Shown in pieces: positions 6,502 to 15,277 of a stretch of DNA of 24,000 bases. How positions within the stretch are numbered: position 1 is the stretch's first letter; each line of letters begins with the position of its first letter. The translations under genes and the position numbers were made by a program. Origin of the DNA: Candidatus Thorarchaeota archaeon. GTDB lineage: Archaea; Asgardarchaeota; Thorarchaeia; Thorarchaeales; Thorarchaeaceae. The notes under the pieces are model-generated. The model ran no database searches and was not told the origin of the DNA. It worked only from the letters and a program-made list of their open reading frames with translations. The stretch covers positions 1 through 24,000 of the forward strand of contig JAWAQK010000019.1 in NCBI GenBank assembly GCA_038893995.1, read 5' to 3'.

Positions 6502-7623
6502 TTGTACTATTCGCCGCAGAGGATTGAGCAGATAAGACAACTGATGAATAGCGAGTCCATTGATGCCCTGATACTGACCAGGCACGAGGACGTACAGTAT
6601 GCCACGGGCTTCCAGGCTCCGGGGTGGGGTATCCCGGTAGGTTGTGTGATAATGCCGGGTCTCCGGCCGTTGCTAGTCTTACCTGAGAGTATCTTGGGCC
6701 TCACTGAGGACATTACCTCGGGAGTTGCTGTAAGGGGATTCCCCTCCCCTGGTCCAGTGGCCTGGACTCTCCACAGGCCTGCCGCCTTCTGGCAACGTGT
6801 TCTTGAACTGCTTCAAGAACACAGAGTTGACGCCAAGACCATAGGGATTCAGCTCGACCACGTATCGGTCAACGAATATCAGATGGTGAGATCTACCCTG
6901 CAGCGAGCATCCCTGAAGAACTGCTCTCAGCTATTGTATGAACTCAGGCAGGTCAAGGACAGTACGGAGATTGCTGCGATTCGAAACTCGGTGAAGATAG
7001 CGGAGATCGGGTTGCGGACTGCACTTGAAACGGTCTCTCCCGGTCGGTCCAATGTGGAGGTCTCTGCAGAGGTGGAGTCCGCCATGAGGACGGCGGGCCG
7101 ACAGCTCACAGGACTGCGGGCCACGGTCATGTCCTGCGTAGATGATCTGTGGCGAGAAGAGCCCTCGTACAGGGTGATACGGCCAGATGACATGTTGGTG
7201 GTGGAGGTCACGACTCGCAGGGCTGGATACTATGCGCAGATGTCAAGAACTCTCCGAATGGGCGAGTTGAAGGAGAAACAGTCAAGACTTTTCCGCACCG
7301 CAATGGCTGCACTCGAGACGATCGAGAATATGCTCGTTCCCGAGAACGAGGTACGTGATGCTGCCAACTCTGTACGTCGGTTGCTCGATTCAATAGACGG
7401 AGTCGCGATCAGTGGAAGACTGGGCAGCTCGATCGGACTCTGTGTCTCAGAGCCTCCCGTGATATCCCCTGACGAGCGAACTCCAGTCCGCGAGGGCATG
7501 GTGTTCTCGGTGGGTCCGGTGGTCCGCGGTCCCGATCGTGAGATCGCCCGGGTCGGTGAACTCGTCCTTGTGACGTCAGACGGAGCAGAGAGTCTCTCCA
7601 CCCTACTGAGAGAGACAATGTAG
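6502..7623 (+). CDS. M24 (creatinase/aminopeptidase P)-fold protein, apparently lacking the metal-binding residues
   Basis: Creatinase-like N-domain (IDALILTRHEDVQYATGF) and M24-like C-domain (LYELRQVKDSTEIAAIRNSVKIAEIGLRTALETVSPGRSNVEV...). TTG start with GAGGAGG upstream. Confidence 0.85.
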   Translation: MYYSPQRIEQIRQLMNSESIDALILTRHEDVQYATGFQAPGWGIPVGCVIMPGLRPLLVLPESILGLTEDITSGVAVRGFPSPGPVAWTLHRPAAFWQRVLELLQEHRVDAKTIGIQLDHVSVNEYQMVRSTLQRASLKNCSQLLYELRQVKDSTEIAAIRNSVKIAEIGLRTALETVSPGRSNVEVSAEVESAMRTAGRQLTGLRATVMSCVDDLWREEPSYRVIRPDDMLVVEVTTRRAGYYAQMSRTLRMGELKEKQSRLFRTAMAALETIENMLVPENEVRDAANSVRRLLDSIDGVAISGRLGSSIGLCVSEPPVISPDERTPVREGMVFSVGPVVRGPDREIARVGELVLVTSDGAESLSTLLRETM

Positions 7624-7731
7624 GTCCCCCCGAGTCTGGCGACCCCTGATTTGCGATGCAACGACTGCCCCTATCTTGACGTCCGCCCTGGCAAGTGATG
7701 TCTGCAGCTACTGTCGGCATGATCTGCCAAT

Positions 7732-7770
7732 GGTGACAGGTGTAGTCACTGGCATGACTACCTGTTCACT
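7732..7770. terminator. Imperfect hairpin at the convergent 3' ends of the M24-like and gamma-CA-like genes
   Basis: Core stem TAGTCA (7743-7748)/TGACTA (7755-7760), extended by CAGG (7737-7740)/CCTG (7761-7764) and further pairs with small bulges; overlaps the stop codon at 7766-7768. Confidence 0.4.
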
Positions 7771-8278
7771 GCCACCTCTTCAGCTTCTGGAAGACCTGCG
7801 ATATGACCTCAGCTCTGAGGTTGTGTTTTGCTAGTTCGTCTCTCGATACTTCTCTTACCTGAGAAGCAGGGGCACCTGTATTCATTGAGCGTGGCGGTAT
7901 GACGACATTCGGGGGAACGATACTACCAGGTGCAAGGATGACGCCCTCTCCCAATGAGGCTCCATCGAACACCACAGAGCCCTCCCCCACACTGACGGAG
8001 TCCCCCATGTATACACCATGTACCACTGACGCTGTGTGGATTATACAGTCGTTCCCTATTATGGCCGGGTTTCCAGCGGTATGGGCATGTATGACTACGC
8101 TGTCCTGTATACATGTCCTCTCGCCTATCTTGACTGGAGCGTAGTCTCCCCTGATGACTGCACCTGGCCATACACTGGACTTTGGACCAATCTCAACATC
8201 ACCAATCAACGTGGCCTGTGGGCTGACATAGGCGGTTGGATCAATCTTGGGATTCTTGTCTCCAAGTGGCACGACCGG
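7766..8278 (-). CDS. Gamma-class carbonic anhydrase-like, left-handed beta-helix hexapeptide protein
   Basis: [66 protein letters not shown]...[19 protein letters not shown] at 8278 (GAGGTG just upstream) preferred over the track start at 8476. Confidence 0.88.
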   Translation of the reverse strand, partial: PVVPLGDKNPKIDPTAYVSPQATLIGDVEIGPKSSVWPGAVIRGDYAPVKIGERTCIQDSVVIHAHTAGNPAIIGNDCIIHTASVVHGVYMGDSVSVGEGSVVFDGASLGEGVILAPGSIVPPNVVIPPRSMNTGAPASQVREVSRDELAKHNLRAEVISQVFQKLKRWQ

Positions 8279-8505
8279 CAATGGATCACCTCTGCTATGA
8301 GCACGAACCTCTCGGTCATAGGAGGATAAAAAGACAAGTGTCGCTCCGGAGGTGCCAGTCGTACTCTGTAAGGGCCCCTGATGACTCACTAGATCGAATT
8401 GAGAAGCTCTACCTCTTAGGTCCAGCCACATCATGAAACTGTATTTGACACCAGAGCCACAGACGGAATGGATCATCCTGTGTAACTCTGGTGCTCGTGA
8501 CTGGT

Positions 8506-8880
8506 CTAGTTTGTCTTGTCCTCTCCTAGCAGTCCCTCGATAATATCGACGTAGATCTCCTCTGGAAGCACTCCGACGAGCCTGTCGATTCTGTGTCCCT
8601 GTCCGTTGTCGAATACGACTCTCTCTCCGTGATTGTATACTAGCACCGTTGGCACGCCGCTTATCCTATTCTGGCTGCTGAACTCCCGATTCTTGTCGAC
8701 ATCGATCTTCACTACCTTGAAGCCCCTGTCTCTGTACTTCTCATCTAGACTCTCCAGCGTGGGTGCCAACATCTTGCAGGGCTGGCACCAGGTTGCGTAA
8801 CAGTCGATGAATACGACCCTGTTCTCCGCGACAATGTTACTGATCTGACTTGCTGAGACCTCTTGTACCACTGTTCTCAT
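8506..8880 (-). CDS. Thioredoxin
   Basis: [65 protein letters not shown]; WCxPC active site and cis-Pro (GVPT). ATG at 8880 (MRTVVQEV) is the likelier start than 8919. Confidence 0.95.
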   Translation of the reverse strand: MRTVVQEVSASQISNIVAENRVVFIDCYATWCQPCKMLAPTLESLDEKYRDRGFKVVKIDVDKNREFSSQNRISGVPTVLVYNHGERVVFDNGQGHRIDRLVGVLPEEIYVDIIEGLLGEDKTN

Positions 8881-9106
8881 CTCCGTTTCAATTGAACACG
8901 ACCAACCGGTTGTGAACAATTGAGCACAACCGTAGGAGGGTGATGAGCATTTAAAGTCTTTTGCATCATTACATGTCAGAGCTCTCTCTATATGGCACCG
9001 AACTTGGTGATCTCAGTCCACGTTCACTGCTGCGGCGCACTTTCAGGGGTTATAGTCTGAGAGTCGAAAAGCTTGATAAGTCCGGCGCGGACCCCTGCGA
9101 CCTCCG

Positions 9107-11758
9107 GTGATTGAGGTGCCCGTGCTGCATTGCGTTGCTTGTGGTTCCAGACTGGACATCAGAAAGACTGGGACCATATGGACGGTCCGATGCACAGGCT
9201 GTGGTGAAGAACACTCTACCGAAGGTAAGGATCTCTTGGACGCGTATGAGGCATATACAAGCCATGTGACGAACAGCGCCGGACCGAGACAAACCACAAT
9301 GCAGGGCCCTCTATCCACATCCGTGTCCAACAGGTCACGTGCGTCACTTCATGATGACCATAGCAAGAGACCCCGGGAAACACCTCGGGTCCAGTCCAGA
9401 GAAGAGATAGAACAGGTCATTGCGAAGAGCGGGATTCACCTCAGGCAACTGCCCGATACACTCAGGCGCATAGTGCTCATGGGACGTGATTATCTGGTAC
9501 ACTACCGCCGAATTCCCCCCAGTGATGCGGAATTCGGTAGACGCGTGGGTGAACTGCAGATCCCGAACCGGCTCAAGGAGTACCTGACGTCGCGTGGTAT
9601 TGAAACACTCTACAGGCATCAGGATGAGGCGTTCCGTGCGATAGAGGCAGGTCGTGACGTCGTGATTGTTGCACCCACTGCTCAGGGAAAGACTGAGGCG
9701 TTCATGTTGCCCATAATCAAGAGCCTGCTTGAATCGCGGACAAGTGAGTTCAGTAGCAGCGTGGGTGCAATACTCATCTATCCCACGAAGGCCCTCGCCA
9801 GAGATCAGTTCGACAAGATAAAGACCATGTGTCAGGCATCGGGTCTTAGTGCCGACATCTTCGATGGGGATGTGCCATCATCACATAGAGATCGAATCTA
9901 CGAGAATCCACCTGATATCCTCCTCACCAATCCGGATGTGCTGCACTATCACCTTGGTAGAACTTGGTCCCGGCTGACACCTATTCTTGATGGCACGAAG
10001 TTTGTGGTGCTCGACGAGATTCACCTGTATACTGGTTCCATGGGTGCTAACGTCTACTACATCCTCAAGCGACTGGCCATTGAGATTGGTCACTTCCAGT
10101 TGATTGGAGCGTCTGCGACCGTGTCCAATCCGAAAGAGTTTGCGGAGCAGCTGTTTGACAGGGAGGTCCTCCTGATTCAGACGGACTCTGCAAAGAGGGG
10201 CGCGATTCATTTCCTCATGTACTACCCTGGTGACCGCAGCAAGTACAGCATGATCGCAGACCTGGCAGCTGCCCTTCAGAGGTCCGGATTCAAGACGCTC
10301 GTGTTTGGCAACACTCACAATGAAGCAGAGCTGATCAACATCCTGCTGCAAGACAAAGGAATCCGTTCAAGGATCCACCGTGCAGGTCTTCCGAAGCGCG
10401 AACTCAGGGAGATAGAGCAGCAGTTCAAGAGTGGCTCCCTGTCCCTGATAGTATCTACGCCCACACTGGAGCTTGGCATCGATATCGGTGACCTTGACAG
10501 TGTGATAAGTATGCTCGTGTCTGTGACTAGAGTCACGCAAAGAATTGGTCGGGCCGGTCGGAAGGGACAGGAGGCCGTAGCCATATTGGCCCTCAGGGAC
10601 AAGGATCCGATCTCATCATTCTATCGCTCCAGGCCAGACAGGTACTTTACCGATATTGATGCGGCCTACGTGGAGCCTGGCAACGAGGTCGTTGGTTACT
10701 ACCAGCTGATCGCGGCTGCGATGAGTAGGAAACTGAAGGTCGATATGTTCCCGCACCAGCAACGTATTCTTGAGCGCCTCAGGAATGACGGAGTGATCTC
10801 CATCGGGACGAATGGAGAGGTGAGGATCACTGACTACCGTAGGGCGAGAGAGGAACTGGAAGGTTACAACATCAGAGGCATCGGACCCACAGTGTCGATA
10901 TCGAGAGACGGACGTGACATAGGCGAGCGATCAATGCCAATGGCTGCACAGGAACTTCACCCGGGGGCAATATACCTGCATGGTGGTCAGAACTATAGAT
11001 CCGTCGAGTTCCAGTACAGTGATGGACAGGGAAAAGCTGTTGTTGTTCCTCATCCCGATCGTTCTGTCTATACCCGTCCCCTATACTACACGACGCCGCT
11101 GGTGATAGAGACTCACGAGGGACGAAGAGTCCTTGGTCTGGATGTCAAGTACTGCACTCTGGAGATGACCCAGAACGTCGTGGGATACATCACAAAGAAG
11201 ACACACACAGATCAGGTGATAGGCAAGACATTTCTGGACACACCTATTGAATACAGCTACCTCACCCGAGGTTTCGTCTTCCGTGCCCCGGCACCGTCCA
11301 AGGCCATTGACAAGTTTCTGCGGGACTATCCCGGTGGCACTGAAGTGCTCTCTGGTGACCCGCTTGACCTGTATGGCGGGACCTTTCATGCGGTTGAACA
11401 CGTACTGATCGAGTCGAGCGGGATGCTCACTGGTGGGGGCGCTCACGAGACTGGAGGCGTTTCCATGGGCGATTCTGGTACCATATTCGTGTACGATGGT
11501 GCTCCTGGCGGGACGGGTGCCTCGAAGCTACTGTACGGCCGCCTAGAGGAGGCATTCTCCCGCATGGAAACAATACTTTCCACGTGTGAGTGCCAGACTG
11601 TGGATGGTTGTCCCCTGTGTACATACTCATATCAGTGTGGCAACAACAACAGGCCTCTCTTCAAGGCAGGTGCACTTGAGGTGACTCGTATGATACTCGA
11701 TGGTGTTGAGATGGATCTGGACCTGCAGTCGTACCGCGAGTTTGAACCGCTTGTCTAA
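9107..11758 (+). CDS. DEAD/DEAH-box superfamily 2 helicase with DUF1998-type C-terminus (MrfA/Hrq1-like)
   Basis: N-terminal zinc ribbon CVACGSRLDIRKTGTIWTVRCTGCGEEH, APTAQGKTEAF, DEIHLYTG, STPTLELGIDIGDLD, RVTQRIGRAGR, and C-terminal CECQTVDGCPLCTYSYQCGNNN. GTG start. Confidence 0.9.
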   Translation: MIEVPVLHCVACGSRLDIRKTGTIWTVRCTGCGEEHSTEGKDLLDAYEAYTSHVTNSAGPRQTTMQGPLSTSVSNRSRASLHDDHSKRPRETPRVQSREEIEQVIAKSGIHLRQLPDTLRRIVLMGRDYLVHYRRIPPSDAEFGRRVGELQIPNRLKEYLTSRGIETLYRHQDEAFRAIEAGRDVVIVAPTAQGKTEAFMLPIIKSLLESRTSEFSSSVGAILIYPTKALARDQFDKIKTMCQASGLSADIFDGDVPSSHRDRIYENPPDILLTNPDVLHYHLGRTWSRLTPILDGTKFVVLDEIHLYTGSMGANVYYILKRLAIEIGHFQLIGASATVSNPKEFAEQLFDREVLLIQTDSAKRGAIHFLMYYPGDRSKYSMIADLAAALQRSGFKTLVFGNTHNEAELINILLQDKGIRSRIHRAGLPKRELREIEQQFKSGSLSLIVSTPTLELGIDIGDLDSVISMLVSVTRVTQRIGRAGRKGQEAVAILALRDKDPISSFYRSRPDRYFTDIDAAYVEPGNEVVGYYQLIAAAMSRKLKVDMFPHQQRILERLRNDGVISIGTNGEVRITDYRRAREELEGYNIRGIGPTVSISRDGRDIGERSMPMAAQELHPGAIYLHGGQNYRSVEFQYSDGQGKAVVVPHPDRSVYTRPLYYTTPLVIETHEGRRVLGLDVKYCTLEMTQNVVGYITKKTHTDQVIGKTFLDTPIEYSYLTRGFVFRAPAPSKAIDKFLRDYPGGTEVLSGDPLDLYGGTFHAVEHVLIESSGMLTGGGAHETGGVSMGDSGTIFVYDGAPGGTGASKLLYGRLEEAFSRMETILSTCECQTVDGCPLCTYSYQCGNNNRPLFKAGALEVTRMILDGVEMDLDLQSYREFEPLV

Positions 11759-11777
11759 TACACACGGGGGCGATAGC

Positions 11778-13718
11778 ATGAGATTCTCCATAGGCAGGGG
11801 TCATGACGGACCGGCGCGCACAGGCTTGCTAAGTCTTGACTCCACCACACTTGATACTCCCTTCCTCATCATGCCAGAGCCGTCTCCATCAATCCCTGGC
11901 ATGAGCTATGTCGTGGCTGGCCGTGATCCCACTGCCGTGGGGACTGAATCACTGCTTGTGCTCCCCTCGGTCCTGTGTGGAGAGCCAGACCCTACGATTG
12001 CGGAACATCATGGGCCCATCCTTCTCCCGTCTGCTCCATCGATATCAGAGCTGAGTTCCAAGGCTGTGAGGATCGCAGTGCAGATGCAACTCAGCATAGT
12101 CGAAGAGCTGAGTGACAAGACCTCCGCTTCCCGAATGATCTTGCGTATCCCCTATGGTTCTCGTCCTGATGATCTTCTTGACCTCATACATCGTGCCTCG
12201 GAGTTCGGTATTCGTGCAGTTGCTGTCTCTCTCAGGGGAGACCTGGGTCCCAGTGACATGTTATCCGTGAGGGCACGGTCTGTGGTACCACGTGGTTGGA
12301 TGGCGCTTGCACTTGGGGAGATTGCCCCCTCGTTGGTACCACTCCTGTACTACTTGGGCTTCGATGGCCTGGACATGACGTCTGCCTACCTTGCAGCCGC
12401 AAACGGAATGCGACTCTGGCATAACGGCTCTGAGACTGTTCAAGACTCTGAGCAGTCGATCCGTTTCTGTCCGTGCGGTGCATGTCTCGGCGTCGATGTT
12501 GGGTCTATCAGGGGACACAATCTGGTCGATGTCCTGACGAGGCACAACAAGCTGGTGTACCGTCAGTCTCTCTCTGAGGCAGTCTATGCCATGCAGAGGG
12601 GTACTCTCAGAAGCCTTGTGGAATCGACATCTCACTACTCCACCGAGCTGGCAGCATTCATTCGTAGACTTGACAGGGAACTCTATGCCTTTGTCGAGGA
12701 ATTCACTCCGAACTATGGCATGTCTACCTTGCCCCTCATAGGACCGGAGTCCTACCATTCTCCGGTTGTGAGAAGGTTCAGAGAGCGTGTGGCATCACGA
12801 TACCAGCCGCTCCCTGGTAAGAGACTGGTCATATTGCTGCCCTGCTCAGCCAGGAAGCCCTACTCTGAATCAAAGTCTCATCATATGTTCCGGGCGAGTA
12901 TTGACTCTGCCATCGGTGATGTGATGGGGCTGGTCTCTGAGACAATACTGACCTCTCCGCTTGGAGTGGTCCCCCGTGAACTGGAGAGGGTCTTCCCAGT
13001 GTCGCGATACGACCTCCCGGTGACAGGTGACTGGGACCACGAGGAGATCGAGATTGCATCAGCCGCGCTAGTCACGCACTTGAGCAAGTTCTCGTCAGAC
13101 ACCGTTGTAGTTGCGCATGTCACTGGCGGTTATGCACAGGTCGTGAGGAACTGCGAGTCACAGGTTCGGCAGAGGATCGTGTATACTGCGCAGGGCGAGT
13201 CAACAACTAGCTCACGCTCGCTCGAGTCACTGGAGAGGGTCCTGCGCGGTCTCAGGGATGAACTCGACATGGCGCCCACAGGCTCCTCCCCTAATGTTGA
13301 GGCAATGCGTGCAGTGGCGGACTTCCAGATGGGAGCCGGAGCCGGTCCCCTGCTAATACCAGACGGAAGCCGGTTCAGAGGACGTGTCCACCAGGTCATC
13401 AGATGTTTTCTGGAATCAGTACAGACCTGCTCGTTCATCGGTCAGACAGGCTCCCTGTCGTTGACTGTCAAGGGCGCAGAGCTGCTGCTACCTCTTGGAC
13501 GGTACATAGTGAAGTTCGATGGTGACAGAATCCGAGGAGGGTCCCTCTTTGCAATCGGCGTGACAGATGCTGATCCCGACATTCGCCCCGGGGACGAGGT
13601 CATAGTGGTGAACAGAGAGGGACGGGTTGTGGCTGTCGGCAAGAGTGACATGTCTGGTCGTGAGATGTGTGAGCTTGACAATGGACGGGCAGTCTCACTG
13701 AGGCACAGGGAGGACTGA
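11778..13718 (+). CDS. arcS: Archaeosine synthase ArcS (TgtA2) with C-terminal PUA domain
   Basis: LLPCSARKPYSESKSHHMF is the characteristic ArcS PC..KPYS.SKSH motif; degenerate TGT-like N-terminal domain; PUA-like C-terminus (RFRGRVHQVIR...DADPDIRPGDEVIVVNREGRVVAVGKSDMSGREM). ATG 11778 preferred. Confidence 0.88.
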   Translation: MRFSIGRGHDGPARTGLLSLDSTTLDTPFLIMPEPSPSIPGMSYVVAGRDPTAVGTESLLVLPSVLCGEPDPTIAEHHGPILLPSAPSISELSSKAVRIAVQMQLSIVEELSDKTSASRMILRIPYGSRPDDLLDLIHRASEFGIRAVAVSLRGDLGPSDMLSVRARSVVPRGWMALALGEIAPSLVPLLYYLGFDGLDMTSAYLAAANGMRLWHNGSETVQDSEQSIRFCPCGACLGVDVGSIRGHNLVDVLTRHNKLVYRQSLSEAVYAMQRGTLRSLVESTSHYSTELAAFIRRLDRELYAFVEEFTPNYGMSTLPLIGPESYHSPVVRRFRERVASRYQPLPGKRLVILLPCSARKPYSESKSHHMFRASIDSAIGDVMGLVSETILTSPLGVVPRELERVFPVSRYDLPVTGDWDHEEIEIASAALVTHLSKFSSDTVVVAHVTGGYAQVVRNCESQVRQRIVYTAQGESTTSSRSLESLERVLRGLRDELDMAPTGSSPNVEAMRAVADFQMGAGAGPLLIPDGSRFRGRVHQVIRCFLESVQTCSFIGQTGSLSLTVKGAELLLPLGRYIVKFDGDRIRGGSLFAIGVTDADPDIRPGDEVIVVNREGRVVAVGKSDMSGREMCELDNGRAVSLRHRED

Positions 13719-13721
13719 CAG

Positions 13722-14798
13722 GTGCGCACAGAGATTCAGTATCTGCACGATGAGATTGTGGCCGCCAACCTGCGGGCCCGTGCATCATCCATATCGAGAC
13801 GCAAGAGGTCAGGTGGCTCGGAACCTGCTGCGAGCTGGGTGGTCACTGAGAGAATCCATGAGAATATGGGCCGGGCACTCTCGGTAGTGCTGTCCACGTT
13901 GGGGTGCTCCCATGCACGGGCCGAGGGTGGAGGCTGTACTATGTGTAGCTATCTTCTTGACGGCAGCAACACCGCAGTGGATGCGGACTCACTCGTCTCC
14001 CAGTTCAGGAGTGCGATGAGTCGGTTGGCCGGAGTGTCTGCTCCCATCAGAGTGAAGGTATATACGAGTGGCAGCTTTCTCGACGTCAATGAGGTTCCTC
14101 TAGAGGCTCGTATCGCCATACTCCGAGAGATAGCCGCTGATCCACGTATCACAGACGTTGTGCTGGAGTCTAGACCCCAGTTCGTGGATGATGAGAGCAT
14201 GTATCAGATCCGGGAGATACTCGGCAAAAGGAGGGTCGAGATTGGGATTGGCCTCGAGAGCTTCAGTGATGTAGTGCGCCAGGTCTGTGTGAATAAGGCA
14301 TTCTCCCTGCGTGACTTTGAGTCGTCAGTCGAGACCACGAGCCGTCATGGAATTGGGGTCCGCGCTTATGTGTTGTTGAAGCCGCCATTCATCACGGAGC
14401 GAGATGCGCTGCGTGACTCGATCCGTACGATCGTGAGAGCCGCGGAACTTGGCGTGACTACAGTATCTCTGAATCCAGTGAACGTACAGAGATCCACACT
14501 TGTTGAGGAACTATGGCAGCGTGGTGCATACAGGCCGCCATGGCTATGGACAGTCGTCGAGGTATTGAGATCGAGCAGGACTGAGTGCGCACGTGATACA
14601 ATGATAGTGTGCGATCCCGTTGCTGCTGGCACGAGCCGGGGGCCTCACAACTGTGGAAGATGCGACTCCTCTGTCACCGATGCAATCAGGCTCTTCTCTT
14701 TGGAACAAGACCTGAGCCATCTCACGAGACTTGGCTGTTCGTGCAATGCCGTCTGGCAACGCTCCCTTCAATCAGGGGACCTGACCATGCTGGTGTGA
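13722..14798 (+). CDS. raSEA: RaSEA, radical-SAM partner of archaeosine synthase
   Basis: LGCSHARAEGGGCTMCSYLLDG cysteine cluster, VKVYTSGSFLDVNEVP, LESRPQFV, IGIGLESFSDVVRQVCVNKAF, CDPVAAGTSRGPHNCGRC. GTG start with upstream GGAGG; 3 nt after arcS. Confidence 0.88.
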   Translation: MRTEIQYLHDEIVAANLRARASSISRRKRSGGSEPAASWVVTERIHENMGRALSVVLSTLGCSHARAEGGGCTMCSYLLDGSNTAVDADSLVSQFRSAMSRLAGVSAPIRVKVYTSGSFLDVNEVPLEARIAILREIAADPRITDVVLESRPQFVDDESMYQIREILGKRRVEIGIGLESFSDVVRQVCVNKAFSLRDFESSVETTSRHGIGVRAYVLLKPPFITERDALRDSIRTIVRAAELGVTTVSLNPVNVQRSTLVEELWQRGAYRPPWLWTVVEVLRSSRTECARDTMIVCDPVAAGTSRGPHNCGRCDSSVTDAIRLFSLEQDLSHLTRLGCSCNAVWQRSLQSGDLTMLV

Positions 14799-14864
14799 TG
14801 CCCCTCTAGATAACTAGAAAAAGCTCACAGTGGAAGTCTACCATATCCAGAGAGGTCTGATACA

Positions 14865-15221
14865 ATGGTCAACTATGTCACCCGAGTCTCTGTGTGGTTC
14901 TACAGCGAAGGAGCATCTCCGTCTGCAGTAATAACTAGGCTCATGGGACTTGGCTTCAGGCCGGTACGGGGTTCTCATGATTTCGTTTACGAACACAAGG
15001 GTCACGATCTGAGCGAGTCCGACCTCACAACGGCCATTCTCGAGATCGCAAACGGCCTTCACAAGGCTCTCTCGGGCTTCAAGGTGCTCTACAATCTGGA
15101 AACTGGTCCTGTGAGCGACGCGTCAGATGACATTCCGTTAGAGATCATTGACGCAGAACTTGAGCAGACAAGAAGAGAGATTGAGTCTGCAGAGAGTGAC
15201 ATCAGTCCAAAAGTCGACTGA
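14865..15221 (+). CDS. Hypothetical protein (118 aa)
   Basis: Complete ORF with coding-like composition (YVTRVSVWFYSEGASPSAVITRLMGLGFRPVRGSHDFVYEH); no family assigned. Confidence 0.65.
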   Translation: MVNYVTRVSVWFYSEGASPSAVITRLMGLGFRPVRGSHDFVYEHKGHDLSESDLTTAILEIANGLHKALSGFKVLYNLETGPVSDASDDIPLEIIDAELEQTRREIESAESDISPKVD

Positions 15222-15257
15222 GAGAGGGAGAGGGTCTTATGCCCTCTCGTCTCTCTC
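15220..15257. terminator. Strong hairpin between convergent genes
   Basis: GAGAGGG (15228-15234)/CCCTCTC (15242-15248) with a 7-nt loop, extended by 8 pairs (15220-15227/15250-15257) across a bulged G at 15249; overlaps the stop codon of the upstream gene. Confidence 0.5.
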
Positions 15258-15277
15258 TCGGGAGGGATGAGTGGGTC

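Noticed and set aside
9881-10351. 156-aa antisense ORF inside the helicase gene
   Set aside because: Opposite strand of the helicase motif region (DEIHLYTG etc.); no plausible domain.
12232-13729. Multiple antisense ORFs opposite arcS (62-165 aa)
   Set aside because: Overlap a clearly conserved gene; Ser/Arg/Pro-rich compositions typical of shadow ORFs.
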